Positions 20,335 to 29,180 are shown, counted from the first letter of the stretch. The stretch: DNA of 32,000 nucleotides from Phycisphaera mikurensis NBRC 102666 (GCF_000284115.1 NC_017081.1:30001-62000); one strand, 5' to 3'. Notes: generated from the sequence alone by a model not told the origin. Made by a program: numbers and translations.

Positions 20335-22355
20335 AGAATCCACCCCCCGATGCAGACCCTCACGCCGACCGCGATCACGGCGAAGGCGGGGGCGAGGACG
20401 GGCACGACCACAGCCACGGCACCTTCCTCGGCTTCAACCTGGAGCTGGTCTTCGCCGTGGCGTGCGGGCTGTGCGTCCTGGTGGGCTGGCTGCTCGGGGC
20501 GCTGACGCCGGTGCCCGAGGCGGTCCCGGTGACGCTCTTCGTCCTCGGGTACTTCTTCGGCGGCTTCTTCACGGTCGCCGAGGCGTTCACGAAGATCCGC
20601 CAGGGCCAGTTCGAGATCGACTTCCTGATGCTCGTCGCCGCGGCGGGGGCCGCGGCCCTCGGGGAGTTCTTCGAGGGGGCGCTGCTGCTGTTCCTCTTCA
20701 GCATCGGCCACGCGCTGGAGAACTACGCGATGGGCCGGGCCCGCCGGGCGATCGAGGCCCTCGCGGACCTGGCCCCCGCCACCGCCCGCGTCCGGCGGGG
20801 GGCCGAGACGGTGGAGGTGCCGGTCGAGGAACTCGAAGTCGGCGACACCGTGGTCGTCCGGCCCGACGAGCGGGTGCCCGCCGACGGCTTCGTCACCGCC
20901 GGCGAGAGCGCCATCGACCAGGCGCCGATCACCGGCGAGAGCGTGCCGGTGGACAAGCGGCCGGTGGCGGACCCCGACGCCGTGGACGACCCCGAGGCGC
21001 TGGACAAGGAGCACCGCGTCTTCGCGGGGACCATCAACGGCAGCGGGGCGCTGGACGTGCGGGTGACCAAGCGGGCGTCGGAGAACACGCTGGCCCGCGT
21101 GGTCGAGCTGGTGGCGAGCGCCGAGGGCGGCAAGTCCGCCACGCAGCGCTTCACCGACCGCTTCCAGCGGGTCTTCGTGCCCGCGGTGCTGCTCTTCGTG
21201 CTGCTGCTGCTCTTCGCCCCGCTGGTGCTCGATGAACCTTTCTCCGAGAGCTTCTACCGGGCCATGGCGGTGCTGGTCGCGGCCAGCCCGTGCGCGCTGG
21301 CGATCGCCACGCCCAGCGCCGTGCTCAGCGGCGTCGCCCGGGCCGGCCGCGGCGGCGTGCTCGTCAAGGGCGGGGCTCCGCTGGAGGACCTGGGCTCGCT
21401 CACCGCCATCGCATTCGACAAGACCGGCACGCTCACCAAGGGCGAGCCCCGGCTCACCGACGTGCGGGCCGCGGAGGGCGTCGAGGAAACCGAGCTGCTC
21501 CGCGTCGCCGCGGCGGTGGAGGCGCTCAGCGAGCACCCGCTGGCGCGGGCGGTCGTGCGGGACGCCGGTGAGCGGCTGGGCGACGCCGAGGTTCCCGAAG
21601 CAAGCGACCTGCAGAGCATCACCGGACGCGGCGTCCGGGCCCGGGTGGAGGGCGAGGACGTGTTCATCGGCAAGGACGACCTCTTCGACGAGGTGCCCGG
21701 CGAGCCGCTGCCGTCGTCGATCCGCGGCGTGGTCGAGGGCCTCGAAGCCAACGGCCGCACCACGATGATCGTCCGCCGGGGCGACCGCTGGCTCGGCGTG
21801 ATCGGCCTCATGGACACGCCCCGCGAGGATGCCAAGGCCGTCATCGCGAAGCTCCACGAGATGGGCATCCGCCGGGCGGTGATGATCTCCGGCGACAACC
21901 AGAAGGTGGCGGAGGCGGTGGGGCGGGCGGTCGGGCTTGACGACGCCGTCGGCGACCTCATGCCCGAGGACAAGGTCGCCACCATCGAGCGGCTGCTCGA
22001 GGAGGAAGGCAAGGTCGCGATGGTCGGCGACGGCGTGAACGACGCCCCCGCGCTGGCGACGGCGACGGTGGGCATCGCCATGGGCGCCGCCGGCTCGGAC
22101 GTGGCGCTCGAAACCGCCGACGTCGCGCTCATGGCCGATGACCTCACGCACCTGCCCTTCGCGGTCGGCCTCTCGCGGCAGAGCCGCTCCATCATCCGCC
22201 AGAACCTGTGGATGAGCCTGGGCATGGTCGCCTTCCTCGTGCCCGCGACCGTCTTCGGCCTGGGCATCGGCCCGGCCGTCGCGCTGCACGAGGGCTCCAC
22301 CCTGGTGGTGGTCGGCAACGCGCTCCGCCTGCTCACGTACCGGAGAGAGCGGTGA
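20331..22355 (+). CDS. P1B-4-like heavy-metal P-type ATPase (SPC motif; probable Zn/Co/Fe-type) with His-rich N-terminus
   Basis: 'VAASPCALAIATPSAVLSG', 'FDKTGTLTKGEP', 'GDGVNDAPALATA', C-terminal 'LHEGSTLVVVGNALRLL'; N-terminus HADRDHGEGGGEDGHDHSHG. Confidence 0.88.
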   Translation: MKNPPPDADPHADRDHGEGGGEDGHDHSHGTFLGFNLELVFAVACGLCVLVGWLLGALTPVPEAVPVTLFVLGYFFGGFFTVAEAFTKIRQGQFEIDFLMLVAAAGAAALGEFFEGALLLFLFSIGHALENYAMGRARRAIEALADLAPATARVRRGAETVEVPVEELEVGDTVVVRPDERVPADGFVTAGESAIDQAPITGESVPVDKRPVADPDAVDDPEALDKEHRVFAGTINGSGALDVRVTKRASENTLARVVELVASAEGGKSATQRFTDRFQRVFVPAVLLFVLLLLFAPLVLDEPFSESFYRAMAVLVAASPCALAIATPSAVLSGVARAGRGGVLVKGGAPLEDLGSLTAIAFDKTGTLTKGEPRLTDVRAAEGVEETELLRVAAAVEALSEHPLARAVVRDAGERLGDAEVPEASDLQSITGRGVRARVEGEDVFIGKDDLFDEVPGEPLPSSIRGVVEGLEANGRTTMIVRRGDRWLGVIGLMDTPREDAKAVIAKLHEMGIRRAVMISGDNQKVAEAVGRAVGLDDAVGDLMPEDKVATIERLLEEEGKVAMVGDGVNDAPALATATVGIAMGAAGSDVALETADVALMADDLTHLPFAVGLSRQSRSIIRQNLWMSLGMVAFLVPATVFGLGIGPAVALHEGSTLVVVGNALRLLTYRRER

Positions 22356-22372
22356 TTACAGGAGGCCGGCGG

Positions 22373-23413
22373 GTGCTTTGTCTGTTGGCCCTCCTGCTGC
22401 CGGCCGCGGGTGCGGCCGGTGCAGATCCAGCGCTCGGGTCCGGTGGCGAGGACGGCTCGACCCGCTACCGATTCCAAGTGCTCTTCGACAACGACGGCGC
22501 CTTCGTCAAGCCCAATGAGTTGGAGGACCGGCACTACACCAACGGGGCGGCCCTGGCCCTGTCGGTGCAGAACGACGGCATCGAGCGCTTCGTGCGTGGC
22601 CTGGGCCTCCCGGTCGATGGCGCAGCCGCGGGCTTCATCTTCGCGCAGGAGATGTACGCGCCCGAGGACCTCTGGCGGGTTCGACCGGATCCCGACGACC
22701 AGCCCTACGCCGGCTACCTCTACGGCAGGCTGTTCCTTCAGCGGGAGCGGGACGGCTGGCTCGATCACCTCCAGCTGGACCTGGGGGTGGTCGGCCCGTC
22801 CTCGCTCGCCGAGCAGACGCAGGGCTTCGTCCACCGGAACATCTCCGGCGACGAGCCCTTCGGCTGGGACAGCCAGCTCGGCGACGAGCTGGCCGCGAAC
22901 CTGACGCTGCGGCGGAGCGTGCGGCTCGACGTGCTGGGGGCGTCGGGCCGCGGCTCGGTCGGCAGCGACCGCGCGGGCCTCGGCGTGGAGCTGATCCCCT
23001 ACGGCGAGGTGCGGGTCGGCACGGTCCACCGCGACGCCACGCTCGGAGGGCTGGTCCGGATCGGTTGGAACCTGCCCGACGACTTCGGTCCCGCTCACGT
23101 GCGAGACCCCGGCTCGTTCACAGGGCGACCGCCGCGGCGCGGGTGGAGCGTCTACGGCTACGCCGGCGCGGCCGCCCGGTACGTGCAGTGGAACACCTTC
23201 CTCGACGGCAACTACGCGCGGGACCCGAGCCCCTCGGTCACGCCCGAGCCCCTCGTGGGCATCTTCCGCGGCGGCTTCGCGGTCGCCCACACCGGCGAAC
23301 GCCTCCGGCTCGAACTCACCTATGGCCAGCAATTCTTCACGCACGAGTTAAAGGGGCAGGAGGACGCTGACGGCATCGGCCGCCTCGGCTTGAGCCTCGG
23401 CTGGGGGTTCTGA
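22373..23413 (+). CDS. LpxR-like lipid A deacylase family outer membrane protein (DUF2219-like)
   Basis: GGAGG at 22361 precedes GTG 22373 (alternative GTG 22352 overlaps the previous stop). 'FQVLFDNDGAFVKPNELEDRHYTNGAALAL', 'PYAGYLYG', C-terminal beta strand ending GLSLGWGF. Confidence 0.7.
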   Translation: MLCLLALLLPAAGAAGADPALGSGGEDGSTRYRFQVLFDNDGAFVKPNELEDRHYTNGAALALSVQNDGIERFVRGLGLPVDGAAAGFIFAQEMYAPEDLWRVRPDPDDQPYAGYLYGRLFLQRERDGWLDHLQLDLGVVGPSSLAEQTQGFVHRNISGDEPFGWDSQLGDELAANLTLRRSVRLDVLGASGRGSVGSDRAGLGVELIPYGEVRVGTVHRDATLGGLVRIGWNLPDDFGPAHVRDPGSFTGRPPRRGWSVYGYAGAAARYVQWNTFLDGNYARDPSPSVTPEPLVGIFRGGFAVAHTGERLRLELTYGQQFFTHELKGQEDADGIGRLGLSLGWGF

Positions 23414-23443
23414 AGCCGACGAGGCACACCGAGGAGGAGGATC

Positions 23444-23938
23444 TCACGAGCCGCGGTGGGGCCGCTTCCGCTCCCGGTCCCACTCCCGCTGCAGCCCTTC
23501 CCGCCACGCCCGCGCTTCCTTCAGCGCTGCCTCCGGCTCAGTACGCCGGACCACGCCCTTGCCCCGACTCGCGAACCAGCGCCGTGGAGTGGCTCGATGT
23601 TCCCGCTGGTTGTGCTCCAGGACCGCGAGCACCGCATCGGCGATCTTCTCCCGCCCGGCCCGTCCAAAGCAGAGCGGCGCCGTTTCGCCCGGCGGCGGGA
23701 AGTGCGGGTCCGACGCCGGCCGCAGGATCACGAGGTCCGTCCCGTGTGTCCGCGCAACCACGATGAACGGCACCTCCTCGGGCAACCCCGCGAGGTCGTT
23801 CCGATCGTGCTCCAGGTCGCCGCGGTAGTGCTCCACCCACGGATCGCACAGGCGGTGCAGCTGCTCCGCCACGGTCGGGTTCCCGGCGGGGCGGGGGGAA
23901 GGGGAGAGGGAAATGGCAGGAGAATCAACGGGCATCAC
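23444..23938 (-). CDS. Hypothetical protein
   Basis: ORF with ordinary protein-like composition: 'NDLAGLPEEVPFIVVARTHGTDLVILRPASDPHF...'. Family not recognised. Confidence 0.4.
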   Translation of the reverse strand: MMPVDSPAISLSPSPRPAGNPTVAEQLHRLCDPWVEHYRGDLEHDRNDLAGLPEEVPFIVVARTHGTDLVILRPASDPHFPPPGETAPLCFGRAGREKIADAVLAVLEHNQREHRATPRRWFASRGKGVVRRTEPEAALKEARAWREGLQREWDRERKRPHRGS

Positions 23939-23980
23939 AAAGACCTCAAGAGGCGCGGATGAAGGTCAGGGGCCGACACT

Positions 23981-24025
23981 GTTTTTCGGCCCTCCCTTCG
24001 CAAGAAGCAGGAAGGGCTGAAAAAC
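23981..24025. terminator. Bidirectional terminator-like hairpin
   Basis: GTTTTTCGGCCCT (23981-23993) pairs with AGGGCTGAAAAAC (24013-24025), one G-U wobble, A/T-tracts on the outer ends. Confidence 0.5.
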
Positions 24026-24246
24026 CAACAACACCCGCCCGCCGGCGGGGCGGCGCAGGCAGAGGGCGGGAACGGCATGCCGGAGGCGCAGCGGGGCCTC
24101 TGGCATCTGATCGCCCGGCCTCGGGCTGCTCTGCCGCCCGAGGCTCGGCGACCCCGAAGGGGCGGGTCAGATGACGAGCCCCCCGCGCAGCGACGGCGGG
24201 ACGTTCCGGTCCGCAGCCGCAGCCGACGCGTCGGCGGGCGGAGCCA

Positions 24247-24265
24247 GCCGGCCCCCGGGGCCGGC
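24247..24265. repeat. Perfect GC palindrome
   Basis: GCCGGCCCC-C-GGGGCCGGC upstream of the AbiEii-like gene. Confidence 0.6.
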
Positions 24266-24348
24266 GTTCCTTTCCCTCTTCGTCTCAAGTCCCGAAAGGG
24301 TCGTTCATGAGAGGGCCGATCGAGGAAGTTGGACCGGACCCTCAATCA

Positions 24349-25275
24349 ATGGCGAAGCAGAAGACCTCCAGCGGCGTCGGGCAGGCCGAGCTGGAGGTCG
24401 TGAAGCGGGCGACGCTCACGGCCTTGGTCACCGACGATGGCCTCACCGACCGCCTCGTCCTCAAGGGCGGCAGCGCTCTCGAGATGATCTACGGAGTGTC
24501 CGACCGGTCCTCGATCGACCTCGACTTCTCCATGAGCAACACCTTCGCCGCGGAGGAACTCGGTCCTCTGCGAGACCGCATCGAGTCGCTTCTCTCGCGG
24601 AGCCTCGGCGAGATCGGTCTGCACGCCCTGGACGTGAAGCTGCAGCCGCGGCCGAAGAAGCTCACCGCCGACATCGCCGACTTCTGGGGCGGGCACGAGC
24701 TCTCCTTCAAGGTCATCTCCAAGCGGGTGGCCGAGTCCCACGCGGACCTCGACCAGCGACGGAACCGCGCCATCCAGGTCGGTGCCGGCGGCCGCGCCAG
24801 CTTCTCCGTCGACATCAGCTCCTTCGAGCACGTGGAGTCCAGGACCGAGCAGGAAGTCGATGGCTACACAGTGTTCGTCTACTCCCCCGCGATGATCGTG
24901 GCCGAGAAGCTGCGGGCGCTCTGCCAGCAGATGGTTGAATACGCCCCCGTGGTGAAGCGGGCCGGGCGGCCCGGGGCCCCGCGGGCCCGCGACTTCCTCG
25001 ACATCTTCAGCGTCGTCGAGCAGTGCCGCGTCGACACGACGACGCCGGAGCACCTCGACCTCGTGCAGCACACCTTCGCCGCCAAGAAGGTGCCCCTGCA
25101 CCTCCTGCAGAAAATCCGTGCAACCGAGGACTTTCATCGGATCAGCTGGCCGAGCGTCCAAGACACGGTCCTCCCCAGCCACGACCTGCAGCCGTTCGAG
25201 ACCTACTTCGCCTTCGTCGTGGAGCTGGCCCGCCAGCTGACAGCTGCGCTACCGGGCAGCGAGGATGGGGGCTGA
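24349..25275 (+). CDS. Nucleotidyltransferase, AbiEii/AbiGii toxin-like
   Basis: 'LVLKGGSALEMIYGVSDRSSIDLDFSM' (nucleotidyltransferase KGG/GS...DLDF pattern), 'SPAMIVAEKLRALCQQM', 'RARDFLDIFSVV'. Confidence 0.85.
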   Translation: MAKQKTSSGVGQAELEVVKRATLTALVTDDGLTDRLVLKGGSALEMIYGVSDRSSIDLDFSMSNTFAAEELGPLRDRIESLLSRSLGEIGLHALDVKLQPRPKKLTADIADFWGGHELSFKVISKRVAESHADLDQRRNRAIQVGAGGRASFSVDISSFEHVESRTEQEVDGYTVFVYSPAMIVAEKLRALCQQMVEYAPVVKRAGRPGAPRARDFLDIFSVVEQCRVDTTTPEHLDLVQHTFAAKKVPLHLLQKIRATEDFHRISWPSVQDTVLPSHDLQPFETYFAFVVELARQLTAALPGSEDGG

Positions 25276-25283
25276 CGCTCGAT

Positions 25284-26177
25284 TCAGAATCCAGCGGGAA
25301 CGTGGAGCTTCCAGCGGGGGACGTACTCGGTCTTGCCCATCCGGTACCCGAGGTAAAAGTCGAACTCGAAGTCGAACTTTGACCTGAATCGTTCGATCAG
25401 CTCGGGCTTGAAGGCACCGCTCCGCTCCAGATAGAAGCCGATCGACTGGTGGTACGGGTAGCGGTAGCCGATCTTCTTGAGCAACGCCGCGAGGCGGTTG
25501 ATGGAGACGCCGGGCTCAAGAGCCCCGGCAAGCTCGTACGCCTTGAGCACCTCCCCAACGCCGCCGCAGTAGTCCGCCCGCACCGTTGCGTCGATCAAGG
25601 CCCGCTCGGCCCCCGCCACCGGCAGCTCGACCGCCCGTCCCTCGAGATCGAAAGACCGCGTCTCGACACCGGCGTTGCCGGTGTTCATCCCGTTGAGGAT
25701 CACGATCGTGTTGCCCCCGTGTTCCACCCGATTGGTGGTGGTTCGCTGCTTCCCCGCGAACGCCCGGTCGATGGCCAGCTGCTCCATCTCGCCGCTCGGC
25801 GGTGGCTTTGGCGTCTGCTCGTCGTTCAGGTAGATCGTTTTGGGGTTCTGCTCGGTGAGCCCGTGCAGCACGAGGGCCGTGTAGTGACAGAAGTAACCCC
25901 GCGTCTTCAGGGTGGCCAGCACCGCCAGCAGCGGAACATCGCCCCACACGTACCGCGTCTCGGGGCGGAAGGGGAAGGCGAACTTGAGGATCCGCAGCTC
26001 ACCATGCTGGCAGAGGTCCTTCACGAACTCCGACCGGCTCGTTCTGTGGGCGAGCTTCCAGCCCTCCCGCTGTTCATCGAAGACCTGAGAAAGCTCCTTC
26101 AGCCGGAAGACCTTCGTCCCCGACTCATCGAAGAAGCCCTTGATGCGGGGACGTGCGAGTTGAAGACGAGTGGCCAT
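25284..26177 (-). CDS. AbiEi-like antitoxin/transcriptional regulator
   Basis: Start ATG 26177: MATRLQLARPRIKGFFDESGTKVFRLKELSQVFDEQREGW...; 'GYFCHYTALVLHGLTEQNPKTIYLNDEQ' and 'AERALIDATVRADYCGGVGEVLKAYELA' resemble AbiEi-type proteins. Partner gene adjacent. Confidence 0.65.
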   Translation of the reverse strand: MATRLQLARPRIKGFFDESGTKVFRLKELSQVFDEQREGWKLAHRTSRSEFVKDLCQHGELRILKFAFPFRPETRYVWGDVPLLAVLATLKTRGYFCHYTALVLHGLTEQNPKTIYLNDEQTPKPPPSGEMEQLAIDRAFAGKQRTTTNRVEHGGNTIVILNGMNTGNAGVETRSFDLEGRAVELPVAGAERALIDATVRADYCGGVGEVLKAYELAGALEPGVSINRLAALLKKIGYRYPYHQSIGFYLERSGAFKPELIERFRSKFDFEFDFYLGYRMGKTEYVPRWKLHVPAGF

Positions 26178-26193
26178 AAACAACACCGGATCA

Positions 26194-26227
26194 TGTGGTC
26201 GTGTCGTATATATACTGCACGACCACA
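26194..26227. promoter_or_regulatory. 34-bp operator-like palindrome overlapping putative promoter of AbiEi-like gene
   Basis: TGTGGTCGTG-tc-GTATATATAC-tg-CACGACCACA; outer arms 10/10 and central decamer palindromic; 16 bp upstream of the ATG at 26177 (minus strand). Confidence 0.75.
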
Positions 26228-26420
26228 AGCTCTGGCACTTCACCTGCTGGATGGCTCTGAAATGGGTTAGAGAGACCTCCCGCTGGCTGATCTTTATCGC
26301 GTGCGGATGTAGTCTATACACTGCAACGCCGCATCTCCCTATGCCGCGGAAGCGAGCCGAGCATGCCCCCGTGAACCAACATTGCTCCAGCGGGTGCCAG
26401 AGGATGCGGCTTGCACAGCT

Positions 26421-27518
26421 TTACATCCATTCTGAATCAGTGGCGGGTGGGTGCGCGGATGACTCTCGGGCTTCGGGCTCCGGTGCGGGAGCAGGCGACT
26501 TGACAGCCTCGGGTGCCGGTGAACCCAGGAGATGGTCTACCGCCTCCAGTTCGGTGGCCTGGTTGGTCATCGTGGCAACCCCGGCCTCCACCACAAACCG
26601 GATGATCTCCACGTAGATGTAGTCCCGGAGCACGCCGGGGAAGCTCCGTGGGATTAGAAATCGACCTATCCGCGTGGCGGCCTCAACGGTAGCGTTCCAA
26701 GCGGTTCCTTCAGGCGGCCCCTTGCCCTCCCGCTCCATGTCCTCGTCCAAAGCTGCAACCGCTTCAACGGCCGCTTCGACCTCATCGACCGTAGGGTCAT
26801 CACCTGCGTCGGTCATCGGCATCTGGTCGAGCAAGGCGTTGATCGCTTCAACGCCCGCCTGATCCGCAAAGGCCCTCTTGAGCAGTGTGTCGACCGTTCC
26901 GGCCAGATTGTGGTGATCCAAGCGATCGACGAGTGGACGGGCGGACGCCACGAGTCGCGTGAGGTCGACAGATTCCTGGGCCCGGGCCATCCTTGAGATC
27001 GACTCGTCGATGCGGTCGAGGATGGCATCGGAGCGAAGGATTCCCTCCATCCGACGGCTCGCCTCCGCGATCCAGGCGGTCTGCTCCATGCCTCTCTGGA
27101 GCGTCTCGTCCAGTCGGGTTGCAAGTAGCTCCGTCGTGTTCGAGATCGTAGAGGCGTCGCGAAGCTGCTGAAACTGCTTCAGGTCGTCAGTCACTCGCGC
27201 AGCGAACATCGCGTCGGCGCCCGTGTACCAGCGGGTGGTGGAGGCGATGCGGTCGTGCAACTCCTTCATCCTCCGGGCGTCGTCGGCCAACCGTGCAATC
27301 ACAGGACTGGAAGCGAGCTCGACGGCGAAGTGCCTGTCGGCGAACGCCTTATCGGCCGCCGCGGTTTCATACATCCGCGGGTCGAAGGAGGGGTTGAGGC
27401 TGTCGGTCACGCGGATCCTGGAGAGCTTGAATGATGGACGCAGTGACCATATGTCCCCACACCAACCAGAGAGGGCAACGACTCCCTTGGCTGACCGAGC
27501 CGTTACTGGACTGTTCAA
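26421..27518 (-). CDS. Hypothetical protein, largely helical/coiled-coil-like, acidic
   Basis: Long ORF with 'ARLADDARRMKELHDRIASTTRWYTGADAMFAARVTDDLKQFQQLRDA...'. Start uncertain (TTG 27518 or ATG 27374). Confidence 0.6.
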   Translation of the reverse strand: MNSPVTARSAKGVVALSGWCGDIWSLRPSFKLSRIRVTDSLNPSFDPRMYETAAADKAFADRHFAVELASSPVIARLADDARRMKELHDRIASTTRWYTGADAMFAARVTDDLKQFQQLRDASTISNTTELLATRLDETLQRGMEQTAWIAEASRRMEGILRSDAILDRIDESISRMARAQESVDLTRLVASARPLVDRLDHHNLAGTVDTLLKRAFADQAGVEAINALLDQMPMTDAGDDPTVDEVEAAVEAVAALDEDMEREGKGPPEGTAWNATVEAATRIGRFLIPRSFPGVLRDYIYVEIIRFVVEAGVATMTNQATELEAVDHLLGSPAPEAVKSPAPAPEPEARESSAHPPATDSEWM

Positions 27519-27553
27519 ACGTCCAGGCCGTTACACGCAGCACACAAACCCTT

Positions 27554-27583
27554 TTGTGGCAACACTTTACAAAGTCCTATAAT
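27554..27583 (+). promoter_or_regulatory. Sigma70-like promoter candidate
   Basis: TTGTGG (27554-27559), 18-nt spacer, TATAAT (27578-27583) in an AT-rich patch inside GC-rich DNA. Confidence 0.4.
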
Positions 27584-27603
27584 CTTAATTATGTATAGTC
27601 GTC

Positions 27604-27670
27604 AGGTTTTTGGACGGTAGGGCGGTCTCGCTACCTGCAGCCACAACGGGTGTGGCACACCACCAAACCT
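27604..27670 (+). ncRNA. Possible structured leader/small RNA with three-way-junction-like fold
   Basis: Closing stem AGGTTT(TT)GG / CCAAACCT, hairpin GGTAG/CTACC, hairpin CCACA/TGTGG, downstream of the promoter candidate. Confidence 0.3.
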
Positions 27671-27704
27671 AGCTCCCGCAAGCGGCACGAGGTAGAAGCT
27701 CACC

Positions 27705-27998
27705 ATGCCCGACAAACCTCTGAAAGAGGACGAGAAACGAGAGTGGATGCTCGCCCTCGCTCACACGTTCCCGTCGCACCAGCAGTTGAGGATCTGGGAC
27801 ACCGAGGCGGTTGACCACCGAGCGACGCACGGAGCCAGCCACGGCGAGAAGGTCACCGCCCAGTTCCTCCTGAGCGTCTGGAACCAGTGGCACGCCTACG
27901 ACGCCGGAGCCTTCGACCTGTTCGAGGCCGTGCGGGTTTGGGACGAGGAGCACTTGAAGGCGTTCCAGGCGTGGGCTTCAGATCCGGTCTGTTTTTGA
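27705..27998 (+). CDS. Small hypothetical protein upstream of recombinase
   Basis: MPDKPLKEDEKREWMLALAHTFPSHQQLRIWDTEAVDHRATHGASHGEKVTAQFLLSVWNQWHAYDAGAFDLFEAVRVWDEEHLKAFQAWASDPVCF. Confidence 0.5.
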   Translation: MPDKPLKEDEKREWMLALAHTFPSHQQLRIWDTEAVDHRATHGASHGEKVTAQFLLSVWNQWHAYDAGAFDLFEAVRVWDEEHLKAFQAWASDPVCF

Positions 27999-28175
27999 GA
28001 GTTCTGGCGAGTGCTGCCCTCCCGATAGAAGACGTTTTCGAGCGCGCTCTCGTGCTCCTGGAGGCCCTGGCGCTCTGACCTGATGGCGCTTACACTTCCC
28101 GCACACGGATGTGGTGTTGGTGGATCCTGCCCCGGCCCCGCCGCCGCAGAATCTTCTTCCTTTGAGGTCGTCACG

Positions 28176-29180
28176 ATGATGTCGCAGCTCACCCTGGCGG
28201 ACGCGACCCCAGAGCGTCGGAAGCTGACGGCGGTGGAGTTCAGCGGGCTCACCGAGGTTCCGGAGGCGGCGACGTGGTTCGCCAACCTCGACAACGAGAA
28301 CACGAGGCGTGCCTACCAAGCCGATGTGCGGGATTTCATGGAGTTCCTGGGCATCCGGGAGCCCGAGGACCTGCGGGCGGTCACCCGGGCCCACGTGATC
28401 GCTTGGCGGACATCGCTGACGGAGGCACCAGAGGACGGTGGTCGGGGCCTCGCGCCGGCCTCGGTGCAGCGGAAGCTCGGTGCGGTGTCCTCGCTCTTCG
28501 AGCACCTCTGTGACCGCAACGCGGTGGCGGGCAATCCGGTCCGCGGGGTGAAGCGTCCATCGCGGGACGTCCAGGCCGGGCGGACCCCCGCCCTCGGTGA
28601 CGAGGAGGCACAACGACTGCTCGATGCACCGAAGGGCAACGGGCTGAAGGCCCTCCGGGACCGAGCGATCCTGTCCTGCTACCTCTTCCATGCGCTGCGT
28701 CGCTCGGAGCTTGCCTCCCTCACGGTCGGCAGCATCACCCGGCGACGCGGGGTGCCGCACCTCACCGTCCTCGGCAAGGGCGGGAAGACTCGATACGTCC
28801 CCGCACATCAGGGGACACTCGCCGCCATCCGCGCTTACCTCGCCGAGGCGGGTCATGGCGACGATCCCGCCGCCCCCCTCTTCCGGCCGGTCGTGAACCC
28901 GGCCGGCTCCCCCGATCGGGGCATCAGCGGGGACGGGATCTACGTGGCGGTGAAGAAGTACGCCGCCGAGGCTGGCATTGAGGTCGAGGGCCTGTGCCTG
29001 CACGCCCTCCGCGCCACGGCCGCGACCAACGCCCTTGAGAACGGGGCGGACCTGGCCGCCGTCCAAGAATGGCTCGGTCACGCCAGCATCGAGACCACCC
29101 GCCTCTACGACCACCGGCACGTGCGGGCGCATGATTCGCCGACGTTCAGCGTGCGGTACGGGTCGGCGGAATCATCCTGA
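28176..29180 (+). CDS. Tyrosine recombinase/phage-type integrase
   Basis: N-terminal SAM-like 'NTRRAYQADVRDFMEFL'; catalytic region 'LFHALRRSELASL', 'VLGKGGKTRYVP', 'LHALRATAATNAL', 'EWLGHASIETTRLYDH'. Confidence 0.93.
   Translation: MMSQLTLADATPERRKLTAVEFSGLTEVPEAATWFANLDNENTRRAYQADVRDFMEFLGIREPEDLRAVTRAHVIAWRTSLTEAPEDGGRGLAPASVQRKLGAVSSLFEHLCDRNAVAGNPVRGVKRPSRDVQAGRTPALGDEEAQRLLDAPKGNGLKALRDRAILSCYLFHALRRSELASLTVGSITRRRGVPHLTVLGKGGKTRYVPAHQGTLAAIRAYLAEAGHGDDPAAPLFRPVVNPAGSPDRGISGDGIYVAVKKYAAEAGIEVEGLCLHALRATAATNALENGADLAAVQEWLGHASIETTRLYDHRHVRAHDSPTFSVRYGSAESS

Noticed and set aside
20226-23344. Minus-strand ORFs 20226..22289 and 21254..23344
   Set aside because: Antisense to the P1B-4 ATPase and LpxR-like genes, whose conserved motifs are on the + strand.
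24077-24310. Small + ORF with ATGA overlap to the extended AbiEii-like ORF (possible conventional antitoxin)
   Set aside because: Arg/Pro-rich low-complexity translation, and the more plausible toxin start is ATG 24349, removing the overlap. Kept only as a weak alternative.
24171-24938. + ORF overlapping the AbiEii-like gene
   Set aside because: Different frame of the same DNA, Arg-rich, with no recognisable motif, whereas the 24349 frame carries the nucleotidyltransferase pattern.
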